From the NCBI GenBank assembly GCA_040905565.1, contig JBBDRF010000067.1, positions 1-57,589 on the forward strand: a DNA stretch of 57,589 nt, written 5' to 3'. Below, one piece after another: positions 51,553 through 57,589 of this stretch (position 1 is its first letter; each line of letters opens with the position of its first letter). Under the pieces are notes generated by a model. The model had not been told where the DNA came from and did no database searches. It saw nothing but the letters and a program-made list of their open reading frames with translations. Source of the DNA: Phycisphaeraceae bacterium. Lineage in GTDB: Bacteria; Planctomycetota; Phycisphaerae; Phycisphaerales; Zrk34. The translations under genes were made by a program, and so were the position numbers.

Positions 51553-52087
51553 GACCGGCGACGCGTAGCGTCGCGGCTATTCAGCTATGCCGGTTTATCT
51601 CTTTACCTATCACGGGTACGGGACGTGGCTGCCCGATCGGCAGCCCGGGTTCGTGCATTATCGTCAGGGATTGCAGGCGCGTAGCAAAGATATGGCGGGC
51701 GCCTATCGGCAGCAGCAGACTTCGAGCAAGGCAGTGTTCGATGGTGCGGCGCAGCAGGTGATTGTTCGCACAGTTCGCGAGGCCGCCTTGCATCTCGAGG
51801 CGACACTTCATGCCGTCTCGGCCGATACGACGCACGTGCATCTGCTCATCAGCTGGAAACACGGCCGTGGCTGGCGTGCGATGCGGACTAGCGTAAAATC
51901 GGCGCTGACGCGAGCGCTCAACGCTCAGATCGCAACGCGCGCCTGGTTCAGCAAAGGGGCCTCACGTAAGCGCATTCGTGATCGTTCGCACTTCGACTAC
52001 CTCATGCACAGATACCTGCCGCGTCACAAAGGCAAGCGATGGTTTCGCCCGAGCGTTCAATAGCCGCGACGCTACGCGTCGCCGGTC
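51553..52087 (+). mobile_element. REPtron-like locus: RAYT gene between 29-bp inverted REPs
   Basis: GACCGGCGACGCGTAGCGTCGCGGCTATT (51553-51581) and its exact reverse complement (52059-52087). Confidence 0.85.
51587..52063 (+). CDS. REP-associated tyrosine (Y1/HUH) transposase
   Basis: YLFTYHGYGTWLP N-terminus, HUH motif THVHLL, WFSKG, candidate catalytic Tyr in RYLPRH. Confidence 0.82.
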   Translation: MPVYLFTYHGYGTWLPDRQPGFVHYRQGLQARSKDMAGAYRQQQTSSKAVFDGAAQQVIVRTVREAALHLEATLHAVSADTTHVHLLISWKHGRGWRAMRTSVKSALTRALNAQIATRAWFSKGASRKRIRDRSHFDYLMHRYLPRHKGKRWFRPSVQ

Positions 52088-53046
52088 CCCTCCAGCACAA
52101 GCGACGTCGTCTGGGCGGGTAGCGTCACGACTTGCCCGCGATCAAGTTGCAGCAGCAAACCCTGCGTGGGATCGAGGTCAATCACCCGGCCGGTGAGTTG
52201 GCGGCCGTCCGCTTCGACTGTCACCCGCTGCTGCAGCAGGGCTGCCCGTTCGCGCCACGCCTGGTACAGATCGTCGCTGGGCCTTGTGTACAGGGCTGCT
52301 TGAAGTTGTTCGAGCACGCGTTCCATCAGCAGCAGTCGATCCACCGCCTGGCCCTGCTCAGCAAGCGATGTCGCGGGGCTGCGAAGCGTCACCTGCCGAC
52401 CTGTCCTCGGCGCTCCGTGCACATTGATGCCGATGCCGATCAGCGCCAGCTTCCCCACCGTTTCAACGATGATGCCCGCCATCTTCGCCCCGTTCATCAG
52501 CACATCGTTGGGCCATCGCACCTGCGTGCCGATGCCGGTGGCCGCTTCGATGCCCTCCGCCACGCCGCAGCATGCCGCCAGCATCAGGCGGTCGACCGTG
52601 GCCTGCCCGTGCCCGACGATGGCGGTCATCAGCAGCGCGGCACCGGGTGCGGTGATCCAGGGGCGGCCGAGTCTGCCGCGGCCGGCGGATTGGTGATCGC
52701 TTACCAGCACATGGCCGTCGTGCCCGTTGCCGCCGGGCTTGAGCATCTTGCGGGCGAGTTCCTGGGTGCTCGTGGTTTCGCGGTAGACCGAGACCTTTCG
52801 GCCGATGAGGCCCGGGCGGCGGCCTTCGATGTAGGTCGACCAGCACGTGAGTGAACTTTCCAGCAGTTGCACGCCGTGCTGCGGATGCCGAGCCAGGCGA
52901 CAGCCTTTTCCCTCGAGCCGTTCGAGTAACACGGCTGCCTCAACAGGCGCACAGCCGAGTGCTCGACCGACCGCTTCAAGCGGCAACGGCTCGCGCGAGG
53001 CCAGCAGCAACGCCAGCAATTGCGTCTCGTTTTGCGTGGCTCCCAT
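52072..53046 (-). CDS. birA: Biotin--[acetyl-CoA carboxylase] ligase with N-terminal HTH
   Basis: TTSTQ, QSAGRGRLGR.W, WPNDV...KMAGII, IGIGIN. Confidence 0.92.
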   Translation of the reverse strand: MGATQNETQLLALLLASREPLPLEAVGRALGCAPVEAAVLLERLEGKGCRLARHPQHGVQLLESSLTCWSTYIEGRRPGLIGRKVSVYRETTSTQELARKMLKPGGNGHDGHVLVSDHQSAGRGRLGRPWITAPGAALLMTAIVGHGQATVDRLMLAACCGVAEGIEAATGIGTQVRWPNDVLMNGAKMAGIIVETVGKLALIGIGINVHGAPRTGRQVTLRSPATSLAEQGQAVDRLLLMERVLEQLQAALYTRPSDDLYQAWRERAALLQQRVTVEADGRQLTGRVIDLDPTQGLLLQLDRGQVVTLPAQTTSLVLEGTGDA

Positions 53047-53132
53047 GCAAACTCCAGCCCCATTGTAGGACCATCGCGGAGCCTGTGGGATGCGCCGGCA
53101 TGCGGAAGATTGTCCCGCTTCACGAGCAAATG

Positions 53133-53209
53133 GTGCCACTGGTGGCTCGCCCACCAGTGCCGTCGTCCTTGCGCGTCAGACACACTGGTGGACAAGCCAC
53201 CAGTGGCAC
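53133..53209. repeat. Inverted REP pair (family C)
   Basis: GTGCCACTGGTGGCTCGCCCACCAGTG ... CACTGGTGGACAAGCCACCAGTGGCAC. Confidence 0.85.
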
Positions 53210-53254
53210 GCACCGGAGAGCGCCGATTCGGATGTTTCAAACGAGCGGCGGGTT

Positions 53255-54208
53255 TTACAGGCCGAGGACGTTACGGTCCATCTGCTCGGAGATCTGCTTG
53301 AGTCGGTCGCGGTTGCCGCCGCCGACTTCCGCAGCCGCCCAGCCGGTGAAGCCGATCTCGTCGAGGGCTTTGCGGACCTCGGGCCAGGGCACGTCGCCGT
53401 TACCGATGTCTTTCCAGCCGCCGTCGGTCGACCAGTCTTTGATGTCAAGCTTCACGATGCGCTGGCTGCCGAGCGCGCGAATCCACTCCGGCTGATTGCC
53501 GTAGCGCTGATGGTTGCCGATGTCGAAGTGCATCGCCACCCATGGGCTGTTGATTGCGTCGATGTACTTGACGAACATGTCGGCGCTCTGGTCGGTCGCA
53601 CCGTCGTGGGTGTAATTGAAGCTATTCCAGACGTTTTCGATGCCGATGTAGACGCCGAGGTACGCAGCGGTCGGCAGGGCACGGTGGATGTACTCGATCG
53701 AACGTTCCCAGACCTGTTCCTGGTTTTCCGTCTCGGGGTCGGTTACCTGCCCGGGCACCAGCAGCATCGAATGCCCGCCGATCGCCCGCGTCTCGTGCAG
53801 CGCTTTGATCATGGCCTCGTAGCTTCGCTCGCGCACCTCGGGGTCCGGATCGGACAGCCGGGTGTGCCAGTGAACGTTGTTGACCGTGCCTTCGATCATC
53901 AGCCCCGTGCGGTCACGCGCGTCGATGGCCTCGGCGATGTTCACGCCGGGGCTGTCGAATTCCACGCCGTCGAACCCGATCTCGCGAAGCATCTCGAACT
54001 TCTCAACCAGGCTGAGGTTGGGTTCGTTGACCATGCCCAGCTTCAAGGACTTGAAGATGCGGCGGTCGCTGGGGATCTCCATCGGGCGCGGCGCCGAGGC
54101 CGAGGCTGCCTTGGCGGAGGATTCACCGGCGAGCATGGCGGGGACGCCGACTGCGGCGGCTGCGGCACCGTGAAGCATGGCACGACGAGAGGGTTGGGGC
54201 TTAGGCAT
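53255..54208 (-). CDS. Tat-exported sugar phosphate isomerase/epimerase
   Basis: SRRAML Tat motif; IENVWN, HFDIGN, KLDIKD, AEV. Confidence 0.88.
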   Translation of the reverse strand: MPKPQPSRRAMLHGAAAAAVGVPAMLAGESSAKAASASAPRPMEIPSDRRIFKSLKLGMVNEPNLSLVEKFEMLREIGFDGVEFDSPGVNIAEAIDARDRTGLMIEGTVNNVHWHTRLSDPDPEVRERSYEAMIKALHETRAIGGHSMLLVPGQVTDPETENQEQVWERSIEYIHRALPTAAYLGVYIGIENVWNSFNYTHDGATDQSADMFVKYIDAINSPWVAMHFDIGNHQRYGNQPEWIRALGSQRIVKLDIKDWSTDGGWKDIGNGDVPWPEVRKALDEIGFTGWAAAEVGGGNRDRLKQISEQMDRNVLGL

Positions 54209-54356
54209 TGCGAACTCCGCTTTTTAAGTTTTGTCATAAGCGACGCTGATGATTATCATGTTTCTAACGCCGGAAGCAAGCCTCGCATTGCCCCGCCGCA
54301 CCCGCCCCCGCACCCGCACACGCGCGATTTTGCAAAACCGCATTGGAGAGCTACCC

Positions 54357-55640
54357 ATGACCGACCATCAGCCGTCCCGCCGAAGCTTCATTGGGCACTC
54401 GGCACTCGCCGCGGCCTCCGCCGCCACCCTCAGTGCCGCCACGCGCAGCTATGCCGCCGCCGGCGACGACACCCTCCGCGTCGGCCTCATCGGTTGCGGC
54501 GGCCGGGGCTCGGGCGCTGCGGTCAACGCGCTCAATGCCGATTCGCGGACCAAGCTGGTCGCCGTGGGCGATGCCTTTGCCGACTCGGCGCAGAACTGCG
54601 TGAATCGTCTCAAGGCCCAAGGCGGCATCGGCGATCGCGTCGTCGTCGAACCCGACCACATTTTCAGCGGGCTCGAAGCCTACAAGCACGTCACCGATAT
54701 GTGCGACGTCGTCCTGCTCTGCACGCCGCCGCACTTCAGGCCGATGCAGATCGAGTACGCCGTCGAAAAAGGCAAGCACATCTTCGCCGAGAAGCCCGTC
54801 GCGACGGACCCCGCCGGCATCCGCCGCGTCCTCGCCGCCTGCGAGAAAGCCAAGCAGAAGAGCCTCGCCGTCGTCTCCGGCCTCTGCTACCGCTACCACT
54901 ACGCCAAGCGCGCCACCATCGATCGCATCCACGACGGCGCCATCGGCGACATCACCTCCCTGTCCACCTACTACCACACAGGCGGCCTCTGGCACCGCGG
55001 CCGGCAGGACGACTGGACCGAGATGGAATATCAGGTCCGCAACTGGCTGTACTTCACCTGGCTCAGCGGCGACTTCATCACCGAACAGCACGTCCACAGC
55101 CTCGATAAAACCGCATGGATCATGGGCGACACGCCTCCGCTTCGCGCCACCGCGATGGGCGGCCGCGCCGTCCGCACCGACCCGAAATACGGCAACGCCT
55201 ACGATCAGTTCTACACCACGTTCGAATACGCCGACGGCATCCAGCTGCACAGCTCCTGCCGCCAGTGGGTCAACTGCGCCTCCCGCGTTACCGACCACGC
55301 CTACGGCACCAAGGGCGAAGCCAACATCATGGGCCACAGCATCAGCGGCGAAAACGAATGGCGCTGGCGCAATCCCGAAGGCCTCGTCGACGATATGTAT
55401 CAGAACGAGCACAACGAACTGTTCGCTTCCATCCGCGCCAACGAGCCGATCAACAACGGCGAGTACATGTCCCATTCCTCCATGATGGCCATCATGGCAC
55501 GCATGTCCGCCTATACCGGGCAGGTTGTCACCTGGGAGCAGGCGATGAACAGCAAGCTCGACCTCAGCCCGGAACGCTACGATTGGGACTCCGCACCGGA
55601 CATCCAGCTGGCCGTCCCCGGCGTCACGCAGTTCGTCTAA
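54357..55640 (+). CDS. Tat-exported Gfo/Idh/MocA oxidoreductase
   Basis: SRRSFI, GLIGCGGRG, TPPHFR, AEKP, EQHVHSLD; GGAG RBS. Confidence 0.9.
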   Translation: MTDHQPSRRSFIGHSALAAASAATLSAATRSYAAAGDDTLRVGLIGCGGRGSGAAVNALNADSRTKLVAVGDAFADSAQNCVNRLKAQGGIGDRVVVEPDHIFSGLEAYKHVTDMCDVVLLCTPPHFRPMQIEYAVEKGKHIFAEKPVATDPAGIRRVLAACEKAKQKSLAVVSGLCYRYHYAKRATIDRIHDGAIGDITSLSTYYHTGGLWHRGRQDDWTEMEYQVRNWLYFTWLSGDFITEQHVHSLDKTAWIMGDTPPLRATAMGGRAVRTDPKYGNAYDQFYTTFEYADGIQLHSSCRQWVNCASRVTDHAYGTKGEANIMGHSISGENEWRWRNPEGLVDDMYQNEHNELFASIRANEPINNGEYMSHSSMMAIMARMSAYTGQVVTWEQAMNSKLDLSPERYDWDSAPDIQLAVPGVTQFV

Positions 55641-55675
55641 CTCCCCCGCACGCGAACACATCACAACGCTTAACG

Positions 55676-55708
55676 ATCGGCGCGCCGCAAGGCGCGTCGA
55701 TTTTTTTT
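55676..55708 (+). terminator. Rho-independent terminator
   Basis: ATCGGCGCGCC-GCAA-GGCGCGTCGAT-T7. Confidence 0.8.
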
Positions 55709-55723
55709 GGCGCGCATGTAAAG

Positions 55724-55815
55724 GAGCCGGGCTGTCCCCAAGCCCGGTCTTCCCGCGAAATGCGAACGTTTCGATAGATCAACGAAAGCAACCGGGCTGT
55801 GGACAGCCCGGCTCT
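55724..55815. repeat. Inverted REP pair (family D)
   Basis: GAGCCGGGCTGTCCCCAAGCCCGGT and ACCGGGCTGTGGACAGCCCGGCTCT. Confidence 0.75.
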
Positions 55816-55828
55816 GTTGGCCGAGCGC

Positions 55829-57418
55829 TCACCCGATCTTCTCAGCGAGGAACGCTTCGACCTGGTCGAGCGCGATGCGCTGCTGGGAAGCGGTGTCACG
55901 ATCGCGAACGGTGACGGTCTGGTTCTCAAGCGTTTCGCCGTCGATGGTGAAGCAGTAGGGGGTGCCGGCTTCGTCCATGCGGGCGTAGCGTTTGCCGATG
56001 GATTGCTTGACGTCCATCTCGCACGCCCAGCGGGTGCGCAGTTGGCGGTAGAGTTTGTCGGCCACCTCGGGCATGCCGTCTTTGTTAACCAGCGGGAAGA
56101 TGCCCGCCTTGATCGGCGCCATGCGCGGGTCGAACTTCATGAACACCTTGCTGGGGCGGGATTCGTCGACGGTGTAGGCTTCGCAGAGCAGGGCAAGCGT
56201 GCCGCGATCCGCACCTGCGGAAGGCTCGATCACATGCGGGAAGTAGTGAGCGCTGCGCTGCTGATCGAAGTAGCGCATCTTGTCGCCGTAGCCGGAGTGC
56301 TCGGCGTGCTGGCGTAGGTCGAAGTTCGTGCGGTGGGCGACGCCTTCGAGTTCGCCGTAGCCGGGCGCGGTGAAGGGGAAGCGGTACTCGACGTCGCTCG
56401 TGCCGGCCCCATCCTTGGCGTAATGGGCAAGCTCATCGCGATCGTGTTCACGCAGGATCAGGTTCTCGCCGGCCAGGCCGATGGATTGCCACCACGCGAA
56501 GCGGGAATCGCGCCAGTACTTGTACCAGTCCAGCGTGGTCGGTTCGCCGGGTTCGCAGTTTTCGTCCGGGCGGATGAAGAACTCGATCTCCATCTGCTCA
56601 AACTCACGCGAGCGGAACGTGAAGTTGCGAGGCGTGACCTCATTACGGAAGGCTTTGCCCTGCTGAGCGATGCCGAAGGGAACCTTGACGCGACTGGTAT
56701 CGACGACGTTCCAGAACTCGGTGAAGATGCCTTGTGCGGTTTCGGGACGGAGGTAAGCTTTCGCATTCTCATCACGAATCGCACCGATGGACGTGTCGAA
56801 CATCAGGTTAAATTCACGGGGTTCAGTAAGTGTCCCAAGCTTCGTGGCGTCGGGACCTAGCACAAGCGCCTGCTCAGCGGGTAGCAGTTCGTCGTAACGA
56901 CGGATTTCAGAGCCAAGGCTGACCATGCCACTACCGCTGCCCCGCACAAGCTTGCCGGCTCGCTTCGCCCAGTCACGTTCTGTGGACTTATCGTTAATCG
57001 AAAAAGAAACAAATCCCAAAGTCGGCGAGGGTGCGTTCGGTGTGGAAGGGTCTACCGATCCGGTAACTCTGACGCAGTTGAGATGGTCCGCGCGGTAACG
57101 ATTCTTCGTCTCCCGGCAATCCACCATCGGATCGCTGAAACCCGCAAGGTGACCTGACGCTTCCCAGATGCGAGGGTGACCGATGATCGTCGTATCGACG
57201 GGGACGATGTGCAGTGGTTTGCCGTCGGGGCCGTCGGGTGGGCAGTCGATGATGTCGTGCCACCAGGCGTCTTTGAGGTTCTTTTTCAGGCGTGCGCCGA
57301 GGGGGCCGTAGTCCCAGAAGCCGTTGATGCCGCCGTAGATTTCGCTTGATTGCCAGATGAATCCGCGACGTCGGCAAAGGGCGACGATGTCGTCCATACT
57401 TTTGGTGGTGGTGCCCAT
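55829..57418 (-). CDS. glyQS: Glycine--tRNA ligase (homodimeric, eukaryote/archaea type)
   Basis: RRGF..SSEIYGG, DYGPLG, YLRPETAQGIF, FRNE..PRNF.FRSREFEQMEIE, PHVIEPSAGADR. Confidence 0.96.
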   Translation of the reverse strand: MGTTTKSMDDIVALCRRRGFIWQSSEIYGGINGFWDYGPLGARLKKNLKDAWWHDIIDCPPDGPDGKPLHIVPVDTTIIGHPRIWEASGHLAGFSDPMVDCRETKNRYRADHLNCVRVTGSVDPSTPNAPSPTLGFVSFSINDKSTERDWAKRAGKLVRGSGSGMVSLGSEIRRYDELLPAEQALVLGPDATKLGTLTEPREFNLMFDTSIGAIRDENAKAYLRPETAQGIFTEFWNVVDTSRVKVPFGIAQQGKAFRNEVTPRNFTFRSREFEQMEIEFFIRPDENCEPGEPTTLDWYKYWRDSRFAWWQSIGLAGENLILREHDRDELAHYAKDGAGTSDVEYRFPFTAPGYGELEGVAHRTNFDLRQHAEHSGYGDKMRYFDQQRSAHYFPHVIEPSAGADRGTLALLCEAYTVDESRPSKVFMKFDPRMAPIKAGIFPLVNKDGMPEVADKLYRQLRTRWACEMDVKQSIGKRYARMDEAGTPYCFTIDGETLENQTVTVRDRDTASQQRIALDQVEAFLAEKIG

Positions 57419-57535
57419 GGGGATGCTTGCTTTCGTTTGCTCAGATCAACGGAGAAAAAGGGAGCGGCCATGTTACGCAAGCCGCTGCGGGCGAACAAGC
57501 CGGCGGGGGCGCTGATCGACGACGCACGTATCAGC

Positions 57536-57562
57536 AATAGCCGCGACGCTACGCGTCGCCGG
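57536..57562 (+). repeat. REP, family A
   Basis: AATAGCCGCGACGCTACGCGTCGCCGG, identical to the RAYT flank. Confidence 0.9.
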
Positions 57563-57589
57563 GGGTTCGGGTGGCTGCGCGACCGGCGA

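Noticed and set aside
56820..57090. Intein or intron in glyQS
   Set aside because: Short, in frame, no splice-junction residues; falls in the normal variable insertion
11323..57562. CRISPR interpretation of the 27-bp palindromic repeats
   Set aside because: Dispersed inverted pairs, no spacer array, no cas genes

Overview
GC-rich bacterial chromosome segment from a planctomycete, probably Phycisphaerae (DUF1549/DUF1553 + DUF1501 pair, prepilin-type protein, PEP-CTERM protein, eukaryote-type GlyRS). It is mostly housekeeping: fliC, hpf-ptsN-ptsH-guaB, ilvE, rpmI-rplT, rpsR, sthA, rpsB-tsf, hpnCDE, prfB, birA, glyQS, tRNA-Ser(TGA) and tRNA-Arg(ACG). There is also a 10-gene sugar/polyol catabolic run of unknown substrate with a divergent GntR. 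Most notable: (1) a Y1/HUH RAYT gene bracketed by inverted REP hairpins, with five more near-identical copies and one stem-swapped variant in the window; the stems covary while (A/G)TAGCC, the TAC loop and GG stay fixed, and two REPs supply stop codons of host genes; (2) a 15-bp motif shared by the sugar-operon promoter and the promoter of a pilin-like gene; (3) a prfB frameshift at CTT-TAA-C with no internal SD, plus the same heptamer at the break of a split DUF2339 gene; (4) an unannotated, apparently leaderless 50-aa membrane ORF. No CRISPR array, rRNA, integrase or prophage was seen. All calls come from motif recognition by eye; no searches were run.
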